Positions 52,720 to 64,000 of a stretch of DNA of 64,000 bases are shown here, piece after piece. Below the pieces are notes generated by a model. The model made no database searches. It was not told the DNA's origin and was given only the letters and a program-made list of their open reading frames with translations. Source of the DNA: Tubulanus polymorphus (lineage: Eukaryota; Animalia; Nemertea); contig NC_134033.1 in the NCBI RefSeq assembly GCF_964204645.1, positions 12,656,655 through 12,720,654 on the forward strand, written 5' to 3'. A program made the position numbers and the translations under genes. How positions within the stretch are numbered: position 1 is the first letter of the stretch; each line of letters opens with the position of its first letter.

Positions 52720-55700
52720 ATGGTTCTGGTGTTCGGCTGCTCGTCGATGCTGCAAAAGCTCCCACTTTTATCGGGATTAGTGGTCATTTTTGCGCGGGTC
52801 GGCCTTGCGGCCAACTGTAGCAGTTACGGCGGTAATAGGCGCGGTGGTCACAAAATGCCGTTCGGATTCTGCGGTCCACATCTGCCGGTTGATGAAGTGG
52901 TCGGTTGGCCGTTGATGTCGACGTTTACGGAAAAGTACGTGAAAAATCAGGCGCCTCTGTTGATGAAGCACGCCGCTGAGATCTCGCCGGCTTTCCGACT
53001 GTGGACCGACGAGTATTTCGCGTCGTTGGATCTCGCAGACGATGCCCGGGTCACGGTGGAAACGCGCAAGAAAGAGGACCGCGCCCTACCCGCATCGGAT
53101 ATGCATTTTAGCGAATGGGTAAAAACGTACAAGCAAACGGATAATTACATGATAGAAGATATGCCGTATTTTTTGAGGTATGGTGTGCGATTTTATTCGC
53201 TTTACAAAAGATCGAAAAAAGTGAACACGGTTGACATTGGGAGAGGGGAATATATATCATCAAGCTTTGTTTTTTGTTTCGTAGCAAAGATGTTCTTTAT
53301 CCCGGACCACTGCAGTGTGACAATCTGAGGAAATATTTGATCAAAACGGTAAGTGTATAATTGTATTCATAGAATGTAGGCCTAAATCAGCAGAATCCAA
53401 CTGTGGTGAAATAAATCTTTCTTTAAATCTTGAAGCTGATGTGGTTCAGTAGCGGAGGAACGAAGTCCGTGGCTCATACGGACCTCAGCGATAACATCAT
53501 TTGCGTGTTCCGTGGCACGAAGACATTCGTCATGGTCGACCCTCACAAGCACGGCCATAAAGTACCGATAAACCGGTCGTTTTCGCCGATTGACGTTGAC
53601 AGGTATGTATGGTATAATATGCTGTGTAAAACCGCCCGGGCCGGTCTGACGATGTTGACCTGCGTAACGGCATCTTCACCCGTCAAGGGATTCGAACCCA
53701 CTACGCTAAAGCTGTTCCCCGAACCCCTTGACCTCACGAGTCGTTGAAGTCGTTACTAGCCGACCAGAATCCGGTCGTACCAATCACAGCGCTTGTAACA
53801 AACCGTCAGTAGACTTATGTTGGTTTTCCCGTTACATTGACCAATCAGCAAACGTTTTACCGAACAAGGAAGTATTTCTTAAATCGATATATGACGTCAC
53901 GCGCAACAGCGCCAGTAATGAAATCACGCTTCGTGAGGCCAGGCATCTTCACCCGTCAAGGGATTCGAACCCACTACGCTAAAGCTGTTCCCCGAACCCC
54001 TTGACCTCACGAGTCGTTGAAGTCGTTACTAGCCGACCAGAATCCGGTCGTACCAATCACAGCACTTGTAACAAACCGTCAGTAGACTTATGTTGGTTTT
54101 CCCGTTACATTGACCAATCAGCAAACGTTTTACCGAACAAGGAAGTATTTCGCAAATCGATATATGACGTCACGCGCAACAGCGCCAGTAATGAAATCAC
54201 GCTTCGTGAGGCCAGGCATCTTCACCCGTCAAGGGATTCGAACCCACTACGCTAAAGCTGTTCCCCGAACCCCTTGACCTCACGAGTCGTTGAAGTCGTT
54301 ACTAGCCGACCAGAATCCGGTCGTACCAATCACAGCACTTGTAACAAACCGTCAGTAGACTTATGTTGGTTTTCCCGTTACATTGACCAATCAGCAAACG
54401 TTTTACCGAACAAGGAAGTATTTCGCAAATCGATATATGACGTCACGCGCAACAGCGCCAGTAATGAAATCACGCTTCATGAGGCCAGGCATCTTCACCC
54501 GTCAAGGGATTCGAACCCACTACGCTAAAGCTGTTCCCCGAACTCCTTGACCTCACGAGTCGTTGGAGTCGTTACTAGCCGACCAGAATCCGGTCGCACC
54601 AATCACAGCGCTCGTAACAAACCGTCAGGAAGTATTTCGCAAATCGATATATGACGTCACGCGCAACAGCGCCAGTAATGAAATCACGCTTCGTGAGGCC
54701 AGGGGGCTGGTGGAAGTGATTTCGGGGGTGATACCGCACCCCTGGCAAGCGAGGATGGAGGCCAGGGGGCTGGTGGAAGCGAGTTCGGGAGTGATACCGG
54801 ACCCCTGGCAAGCGAGGATGGCGTAACGGTGAATCCGGGTCATAATACTTCCGCCCAAAATACCTCCACCGAAATATCCCACACCCATAATCCCTCCACC
54901 CAGAATACCCTCATATGTTTCCAAAATACCTCCAGGCCCTAGATCGAATGGGTTTATGCCTGAAGAACAAAAATTAGGAACCTATTAGTAATATAATTTT
55001 TTAGAATTTGTCCCCATCAAAGTTTGAATTTACAGGCCATATTCAAATAAACCAATGTTCTGTAGTTTAAAAGTAGTTAATTGAGTAAAACAAAGTATGA
55101 TGTTAATTTCAGTATATTGTTCGAAGATCATTGTTGCAGTTAAATGGAAATGAACTGAATTCAGTGTGTATACCGAAGAAGTACATTGTTTTCTTAGATA
55201 TAGGACTAATTGATATTCTATAATCTAAATATTGAATTGTTTCCAGAGAAATCTAGTATTAGATTAAAGACATGAGATAAACTAACTAATATTCTATCCC
55301 TATCTCGTTGTTTGTTCAAATTGGGTCGATTTTTTTAAATTTCCCAGCCATAACTAATTGGAAGTGAACATTGTCATTAATTGTTATTCAATTATTATTC
55401 AGTATAGGCTTATATATACCGTAATACATTATATATGATCCTATACATGTATAATAGTCAATATTGGTGGTACTTTATACATCTAAATAATAGAATTATA
55501 GTATTTCTTTTTATTCTGGGTGGAGGTATTTTGGACACATATGAGGGTATTCTGGGTGGAGGGATTCTGGGTGTGGGATTTTGGACGGAGGTATTATGGG
55601 CGTATCCCCGTAACGGTATATTCAATGATTAACCGCAGGAGTTCTATATAGGCCTGTGTAAAACCGGCCATTCCACGGTATAGAAAGTTTGAAAATGTGT

Positions 55701-57270
55701 GAGTTTCTGTGAGAAATTTACACAAATATCATTGTGAAATGTTGTTGAAAAAATATGCCTACTGCCCACTTGTTCATCCGATGGTCTTTGAATACGGGTC
55801 CATTGGAGGCCTCGACTACCGACCTGTTCAGTCCGATCCTCTTTTTGAATTGAATCGAATTTCTTCCTAAAAAATACTAAGATGATTTTTTGCGTATCTT
55901 TTTTTCAAGCGTCGATTTCGAAAAGTACCCGAAAATGGCCGACAACGTGGAATATTATAACGTCAATATATCGGCTGGAGACTGTCTGTATGTGCCGTAC
56001 ATGTGGTAAGTTTTAGGGGGGTATCAGACCACGCGGTTGATATTTTCAAAAATTTGGGTTAAAACCAGTTGGTTACAACGGCGCCGATCTAGAAAATTGT
56101 GTCTTAGCAAATTAATGTTCGGGTTCTTTTTCAGGATCCACCAAGTCAATTCTTACGGCAGTAATATCGCCGTGAACTTCTGGTGGAGTCACTACGGGTT
56201 CCTGCACAACGAGGAGGCGGACTCGATCGCGGACTGCGACCGCAAACCGGAATGTTGGTTGACCACGCATCCGAATGATCTGACCGGAAATGACCAGGAA
56301 CGCGATTATCCATTTGAAATTCTGTAAGTAGTTGAATGGCGGATTTTGATAATGTCATTCCATATTCCCGCTACAACCAACTACCTTACAGTCTTAAAAC
56401 CGCTACAACAACCCGTCACTGAAACTTAAGTAACTGAATGACTGAATCCAGTGCCCCAGAAAGATGGAACTCACCGAAAATTCCAGAATGCATCTTATCT
56501 TAAGCTCAACCCTTAATTTCTTTCGTAAATTGCTACTTATAATAATGTGACATTTACTTCTATATCAATCTATTTTACAGGGATATTATGCGTGTATTGG
56601 TCGTGCAATCAGAATCGAATCAACTTACTTCGGAACAATTGCAAAACATTCCGAAACAGGTATCGAAAACGTGTGCAAGCACAGTAGTGGTCTTTACTAA
56701 TAATACACACACGACGTAATAACCACTTGATTCATTTCAATATATTGTATCATATAGAAATTCGAATTGCGTGACGTGAATTGCGTATCTACAGTGTACA
56801 CGGATTACAGTGTTTATTCGACTACTCACATTCAGTCTTGTTTTGAGAACTTTTGCTACATAGCTGCATCATCTTTTTGAAGCCTCCTTCGAACTGTTTC
56901 ATATAAACTAAAATAGGTATTTTTGGAAAAAAATGAGATTGAAAATATAATTACTGTAATTATTATATTATCAGGGTTTGTCAGCTGAAGAGAAATCGTA
57001 TTTAGACAAGGCGTTTAAGGCCGCGGACACGGATAAAGATGGCGTCATTTCCATTGTAGAAATTGACAAAATCCAATCGGATAAAACGGTACTAACATTT
57101 TCGGATAATTCGTTCCGCCAACGGTCTTGAAATAAAACGTGTAATTTCTCTTTTAGGTCGGGGACAAATTCCGAAGCGCCATACGAAAACTGGCTCGCCT
57201 TGTCAAAGAAAACGAGAAACGAAGCGAAATCCAGAACTCGTCTGCAGAAAAGGCGAAAGATGAATTATGA
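52720..57270 (+). CDS. JmjC (cupin-8 type) 2-oxoglutarate oxygenase with N-terminal signal/anchor, EF-hand and C-terminal KDEL
   Basis: Exons 52720-53177, 53285-53348, 53436-53602, 55910-56005, 56135-56323, 56581-56659, 56975-57088, 57157-57270. Motifs MWFSSGGTKSVAHTD..NIICVFRGTK, AGDCLYVPYMWIHQV..NIAVNFWW; EF-hand loop DTDKDGVISIVE; ends AKDEL*. The true start could be the Met at 52747. Confidence 0.88.
53671..54820 (+). mobile_element. Composite self-nested MITE with a 273-bp tandem array
   Basis: Outer 9-bp TSD gcgtaacgg (53662-53670, 54821-54829); left arms start at 53671, 53944, 54217, 54490; right arms end at 54757 and 54820; inner TSD gaggccagg. Confidence 0.85.
54831..55608. mobile_element. 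Non-autonomous TIR element (~780 bp, ~100-bp TIRs, 9-bp TSD; Mutator-like)
   Basis: cataatac..ccaaaat..aatccctccacccagaataccctcatatg is mirrored at ~55520-55608; TSD cgtaacggt (54822-54830, 55609-55617). Confidence 0.8.
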
Positions 57271-58394
57271 AAACCACATCGCAAGAAAAGAAGCAATGAG
57301 GGGTACAGGACTTGGGCGAAATCTTGCCCAAGCCTCGCGTTATATTTTAATTTAAGAATAGGTTGTATCTGTATAGAGATTAGACAAAGTTGACGCTCCG
57401 ATATCTGAAACCATTTCCGCAGTGGTTCAAATGAAAATTAGCTACGTAGTCAAAAACCTTCTCGTGCAACTGTGGAATGGTCTATCTGGACGAAACATTA
57501 TTTTCATTCTTGAACTTGATGAACTTAAACCGATTTTTACTATAACTAAAACAACTGTGTATCTGCCCCCGATGGCGGATATTACTTATTTTTGGACGCC
57601 GTAAAAACCGTTACAATACTGTTTATATACATTTGATACCTAGCATGCGGTTCTGTGCACTACGTCATCGAATATTGGCGCTTCGAAATATCAATTACAA
57701 ATATGAATTTAGGCGTTTACTTTGTAATTAAATATATCGCATAAATCTTATATCAATTTTGATAAATTTTAACAATCATTTTTTGAGATGTGCAATACGT
57801 CATCGATATTCGGGGCTAGACTGGTTGCCGGTCAATTCAATTCAATGATCGATATATCCAAATCCAAAATAGCTTCATGGGTCGACGTTATTTTTCAAGG
57901 CGTCAAAGATGAATTATGAAAACCACAACTTTCAAGTTCGTTTTCTTGTTGCCACTGTTAAATATCGTTAGATGTTAAAACGGTTTGAAATTCTAAATTC
58001 TAAATTTGACACTACTTCCATTTCGTTCGGCGTCGGAACTTAAATAACGAACGTTAACGCGTTGATTAAATGTGTGTCTAACGTTCGAATGAAGCTATTA
58101 TTTTCGACCGCGATAATATTGCGAGCACCTACTGAGTGATAAGATTGGCAAACAGAACTGATAAGTTATTGCATGCACTTGAATGGTATGCCGATATATG
58201 TTTATGTACATTATCAAACGGATTTTTCAAACTGCCGTGCTTTAAACGCCCAAATGCTTACCTACATTATTAAGAGATAAATCCTGTCACCTACTAAAGA
58301 TATAGGCTACATATCAACCTATACGTTATAAGTGTATCACATTTGACCGTAGTTTATTATGTCTTAAGATCGGAAAGGGATTCTAGAGACCAAC

Positions 58395-59571
58395 ATGTCA
58401 GCAATTGTATTTATTTTAGGTGAGTGGATTTTATGATTTTTATATGTCTCCTTCGAGTATATATGTAAAATTTGAAAACTTGTATTATTAGGATGAGATG
58501 TCATTATTTTCGTGTTTTAGTTGTAACCTTATTCGACAATATTGAATGTATCTAAAATGGATTACAAATTTTATCATATTTATCATGATATCATTGAATG
58601 CTTTATTCTGTGTGAATGCTGTTTAAACTAAAATGGCACGTCATTAATGTGCCCTTTATTTTTTAACGATATACATATCCTTAAAAAATGTTATATCTGT
58701 TAAGGGTCAGATATGGACATAATGAGGTTTACACTGAGCTAATAAACTGGAAGTTATCAACTGGAGAATTTTATCTTTTCTGTTTTATTGAAGGTTTTCT
58801 CTTGGTCGGTAACGGATTTCTACCGTCAACGGCCGCGAGTCCTACTGTGAGTATTAGGCCATCGACTGCAGGACCTGTCAGATCTCTGTCATCGACAACT
58901 GCTCAGTCTACAGCTTCGCCAATGGGATCGGCCACGCCACCGATGCCAACCGGCATCACGACAAGCCCTTTCGTCACAGCAAGCCAATCCAGCCCTCAGC
59001 CCAGTGCCACTGCAAACTCTTCCCTTCCGCCCAGCACCACAGTAAACCCCTCCATTCAGCCCAGCACCGCGATAAACCCTTCCGTCCTGCCCAGCACCAC
59101 AGTAAACCCTTCCATCCAGCCCAACACAACTGCAAACTCGTCATCAGTGGGACCAATTGGACCTTCAGCGTCAGTCGGACCAACAGTAGAGCCATCCGTG
59201 TCACCCGGACCGAGTGGAAATCCGGGAGCAAACACAAATGACGATACTCATACCACGACAATCGTGCTAGCGATCTGTATTCCTGTAGCTGTGATCATCG
59301 TCATTATTATCATATTCGTTCTCTATTACAAGTAAGTATTATAGCGATAGTACATGAAATATCACGCGCTGGCAATGCCCCAACAATGCGCCATCAATGC
59401 CCCATCAATGTGCCATCAATTCTCTATCAGTTTCACCAACGAACGCTTTACTTTTTCAGGAAAAACAAAACTAATTTCGACTTATCGACGGGTGACCAGA
59501 ACGTCCATTACCACAACGAGGGCGACTATCGGAATCCTAGTTTTGTCGACGAATCGTCTCATCGAAATTAA
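58395..59571 (+). CDS. Mucin-like Ser/Thr/Pro-rich single-pass membrane protein
   Basis: Exons 58395-58419, 58794-59331, 59460-59571; signal MSAIVFILGFLLVGNG; 10-aa PSTT(V/A)NPS repeats; TM IVLAICIPVAVIIVIIIIFVLYY; short tail with YRNPSF. Confidence 0.85.
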
Positions 59572-60110
59572 CCAATCGTCGTCTCGGGTCGTATCAATTC
59601 ACGGTGCCAAGCTCTTGTGGCAGGTTCTGTAGTTTCCACGAGGTGGTGCCCAGCACCAATCAAAAACCAGTCTTAGGATATAAGACCATTTTCTTGGCTA
59701 TGAACGAAGCTCTGAACTGAATAACGAAAGACAGTGTGACCGTGATTTTTCTATTTGTATATTTCATAATAAATCTGCACCAAATTTAACTCCCGTTACA
59801 ATGAATGGAAAAATATATCTACAAATAGTGATCGAAAGCTGAAACAGTAGATGAAGAAACATATAGACATTTTTACGTGTGGAAATTGAGCTATATATAC
59901 ATGAAATACGAAATTGCGTAATCCTTATATGAAAAACTTCTTCTCTGTTACTTTTGAGAGAGCGAATATTGTTAAATGTTTCTATGTACATAGAATTCGA
60001 ATGGAGAAAAAAGAAAAATATATCGAGTAAACTTTAAAGGAGGACTTCTTTCTGGTGAACTAATTCACAGTCGGGACAGAGCTAGTCGCAGACGTCGAGT
60101 GTTAAAATAT

Positions 60111-63100
60111 CTAAATGTTATCGTAATCGGAGTCTTCGGTAGTTCGGAACTGAAATTAAAAAGAAACGACTATCAAACGTTAGATTTTATGAATAGAAAA
60201 TAAGCGCTACTTTAGTCAAGACCAGATTTAATTAGCCTTCAGTCCATTTGGAGGTCTGTTAGTCGAGAGAAAAGTCAAACAAATAATAGACCAGACCAAA
60301 ACGATATAAAACAATATGGGAATAGTAACGTTACAATACTCTCACATCACCTTTTTCTTCTTGACCTCACTATATACCGGATTCAGACTTCTCAGACTTT
60401 TAGTCAACGCTTCCGATGCTAGCGTCGCTTGGTTGTGGTTTGGAACACCTTTCACGATGCTTTTCGCGACTTGGTCGTCGTTTATGTATTCAGCGTGCGA
60501 AGCAGCAATGTCATGGGCGACGTAATCATCTTCTGGGACGCGGCCAGCGATGACGTAACTGTCATATTCCGGGCTTGGTACGGAGTTAGACGGCGGCGGG
60601 TGGTTCTGCGTTATGTTCGATTTCTTCTTTTTCATTATCGATTTTCCCTTCGATTTCCTGCCGGCGCCGAGAAGTTCATCAGGGTCGCAGTACGCATCGA
60701 TGGCTACAGCTGTCGAGAATAATATCAACATCGGACCATTATTGTCATATCAAAAAAGCAACAAGAAAATACTGCGATAACGTAAAAATATCCACTGGAG
60801 TTAATTATTATACTGAATAATTAGTAAAGCAAATTCAAAATCTTAGTTTCGAGTTTGGGACTAATTTCACAGTCAGTGATTGTATATTCGACCATTCTGG
60901 TTCTATACCCGATGTATAAATTTCATGAGATGTGCAAATGATCCTAGAATTTGGAAGATAAATTTCGAAAAGGTGGTTCGAATTCGGTCCAACCAGACTC
61001 ATATTCTGTAAATAGTGACTATTTGTGCGGATAAGCAGAATGTTAGGTCTATATACATACACATAGCTCTACCACCTCCACCAGACGGAATGTTGGCAGC
61101 GACCTCTTGCGGTCGGCTGGGACGGTTCACGTACACTTCATCCCCGCGATATCTCAACAAGCAATCTAAATATAACGTATAAACCGGTATCACAGGGGCT
61201 CGTGTTTGAAGTTTGAAGGGGTGAACTGTAGTTCAGAGCATCCAGTATTCCAGGTACTGGGAGTAAATTTCACCCGACCCGAACTTCGACTACGAGCTCC
61301 TGTGATATCGATCTAAAAATCATACAATGATTAGCAACGATTATGAAATTAGAATATTTTAGATACGGGTGAGACCTATCTTAGATACGGATGAGGCCTA
61401 TCTTAGATACGGGTGAGGCCTATCTTAGATACGGGTTTGACCCCGCCTACCTAAATTATCGAACGCGTAATCAGGTAGGACTGACGTTGGGCTCAAGTAC
61501 GGTGTTCGGAAATGTATTGTATTAAACTAGACAAATTTCCATTCATATTCTTAACTGCTTTAATGTTTCGTTTGGGAATGTATTTCTAAAAACGTTGAAG
61601 CACTTTTTAAAAAAAGTTTTTGCTTTTTCATTTCATCAAATTTTTCCATGAGATCTTTGCTCATTGAAACGCCTATAAGACAGCTCTAGGGCGTGTTGAT
61701 GCAGTAAGAGCAGCCAGGTTTGACTAGTTTGCCATCTGGCGGAAATTTGAGTTATTAATCTGTCACACCTGTCACTCCCAACTGCGCGCTTTCTCTGATA
61801 TTTTCATTCTACATGCAATAGATTCGACAGAGTTTCCCGGTCAACTTTAACGTAGTAAATCTTACGGATAAGTCTCGTGACGATCTGCTGTCCATAACGT
61901 CGATAGTGGATGTAACTAACCAGGGAGCACACCGATATAACGATTCCGATAACAAGCATTGCGATTCCCGCGTTGAAAATGGTTCCTGAAACAATAAGTA
62001 TAAACATGTATTTATAAGACAGCCATACGACCATATTTCATTGCATTTTAGTCTCTAAAGTTCCCTAAATGCTAAATGCTTTGAGATAGTCCAGAAATTT
62101 CAGAATGTCCCTCTCCTAGAACCCCCCGACCCGTATCAAGTGATGATCTGGCGATCACCGTGCATGCTCCGGCAGCGTTTCGACCGCTGGTCATCATCTA
62201 ATGATTCGGTCCACTCGATCAATCCATCGGCTTAACCATTGACTAACCGTTGCCCCCCCCCCCGACTAACCATTACGGTCATCCCTCCCCTTATAGCGTA
62301 TTTGACTTACGGCCATCGCCTACAGCGCGGAATTCGTAACGTTTATTCGCGTGCTCAGGTTCGAAGACAAAATAGTTACTAAAGCTGTCCCGTCGTAAGC
62401 GACTCCAATTACTGCCGATAGTATCGTCTGCCAAACGGTATTCTAATATCACACCGCTAGATAAGTGGGTAATACTTCCATCAGTGCGTCGTTTAGAACC
62501 TGTTTAATAAAGAAAGCTTCATTGAGAAATAACCTGCCAGCAATATCATCTCAGTTGAGATAACCATAAAGCGCTTCGGATGGGCCGATCATATATAGGC
62601 TACAGTCGGCAGTAAAGTTCACTCAATGAAAAGTTATTACCAATCAAGACCGATTCTGAGATTTCAACCCAGTCGTGGAAAAGTATCCGCTCTGAAACTG
62701 GATCCCGGGCTGATTCGTGTGTTGAAACATAACATTACTAATAGGCTCAGCCTTTTTTCCGACGTATAATGGAATCAAATGAAATGAAATGGTCGACCTA
62801 AAATATCGACGTCAATTTATATCTGGGACTTTTCAGTGCGTCGACTGTGAGACTAACCGGACGTTTGGAGAGTGACTGGTCGCCTCGCGGTGCTTCCCCC
62901 GGAAGGCAGTCGTTGTTCACCTTTTATTCGTAGTTTCAATTTCCTACTCATGTCGTTGAGGTAGCTACATTTCCAATAGACTGCAGAATCACTTTCAGTC
63001 AGGTTGTCGATTATCAGTTTGACTTCTCTGACCAAACCGGCCTCTCGGACGCACTCGATTCGATAACGTTTGTCTTTGTCAGTATAGTAACAGCCTTTCG

Positions 63101-63803
63101 AAACCGGTCTCGAATTGGAGTTCCAAGATAAGGATTGTAGGTGTTGTTCTTCTTTATTTGCGGGGCTCAAGGAACAGATTAGCTCAACGCTATCTCCCAA
63201 ATGCAATTCCGTATCGGGACTAATTGAAGCTTCTAGACTCAGCGATGTCACGATATCCACTGAAAAAAATGATATAGTGTATATGTTTCCCATTTAGAAC
63301 AATGTTGTCTAACCATACAGTAGTGTTCGGTTGGAATATAGCTCGCGAGTTTCGAAGAAAAAAAACAATTGAAAATTAACGATCAAATATTTAACTCAGT
63401 TTTTATTTCCGAAGAGAATCAACGACTTGTGCGTTCCCATCGCAGCTTTTTCGATTTCAGTTTCATAAACGATCTTTTCAATTCTAATTCAGTTCCAAAA
63501 TGAATGCCAATAGGCACAAACGATGTATAGGCTGATGTAAAATTCGGATTTATATTTATTAGAAAATATTTTTTCATGCACAGTCTTACGTATATCCAAT
63601 GACGCGATAGATAGCTGTATATCATACTTAATTACATAAAAATACGTGAGAATGCTCCTATTTTTCTAATAAAATGTGACTAAAATTTCATTCTGAGAGT
63701 ATTGCACATCTGTAAACTTACGAAAGATCAACCACGCCGTCAACAGAGCTATGACGTATGAACGATGGTGCAGCTTCGGAGGGTATAAGTTAACAGAGCG
63801 CAT
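60111..63803 (-). CDS. Type I membrane receptor: Ig domain + partial FN3-like segment + TM + Tyr-motif-rich cytoplasmic tail
   Basis: Exons 63803-63722, 63259-62921, 62499-62311, 61985-61866, 61165-61061, 60709-60351, 60149-60111 join in phase. Ig: GDSVELIC..LSW..LIIDNLTESDSAVYWKC; TM AGIAMLVIGIVISVCSLVSYI; ends SDYDNI*. Confidence 0.75.
61188..61307. mobile_element. Short palindromic MITE in an intron of the Ig receptor
   Basis: tatcacaggggctcgt ... acgagctcctgtgata. Confidence 0.65.
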
Positions 63804-64000
63804 TCTTTGCCGAATATAAAATATTACACATACACGTACCAAGTAGCTCGATGGTATGAAAATTCCCATTTCGATCACCTCATTTGTGACGGAGCAGGGT
63901 TGAGGCAAACAAAACGATGAGGAAATAAATTATCAAATAAACACGATTTAAATGGTCTATTTAATCATCGCTTATTCCTTGTATTTCGTTGTAATGTATC

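Noticed and set aside
53728-54528. Three near-identical 84-aa ORFs (MTSRVVEV...), or a CRISPR-like array
   Set aside because: Products of a 273-bp MITE-derived tandem repeat; TTG starts, no unique spacers, no cas genes, eukaryotic intron.

Overview
Animal genomic DNA (AT-rich, intron-containing genes, many MITEs), most consistent with a marine invertebrate, possibly a spiralian; the species cannot be determined from sequence alone. All gene models were spliced by hand and phase-checked. Left to right: (1) a 5'-truncated gene encoding a FAMeT-like domain, a small helical (winged-helix-like) segment and a PNP/MTA-nucleosidase domain; (2) three intact paralogues plus one 3' remnant encoding ~680-aa secreted proteins: signal peptide, F-type-lectin/F5-8C domain, two PAN/Apple-like domains, an all-helical domain that aligns by eye helix-for-helix with Cry delta-endotoxin domain I, and a Cys-bracketed Arg-rich tail; (3) a secreted Gly/Met-rich peptide; (4) two divergent secreted multi-knottin (ICK-like) genes and a pseudogene fragment; (5) ENOX; (6) a probable ER-luminal JmjC + EF-hand + KDEL protein whose intron holds a self-nested MITE; (7) a mucin-like single-pass protein; (8) an Ig-domain receptor with Tyr motifs. 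The most novel candidate system is the ~30-kb block (8.5-38.3 kb) of secreted effector-like genes centred on the lectin-PAN-Cry-like putative pore-forming toxins.
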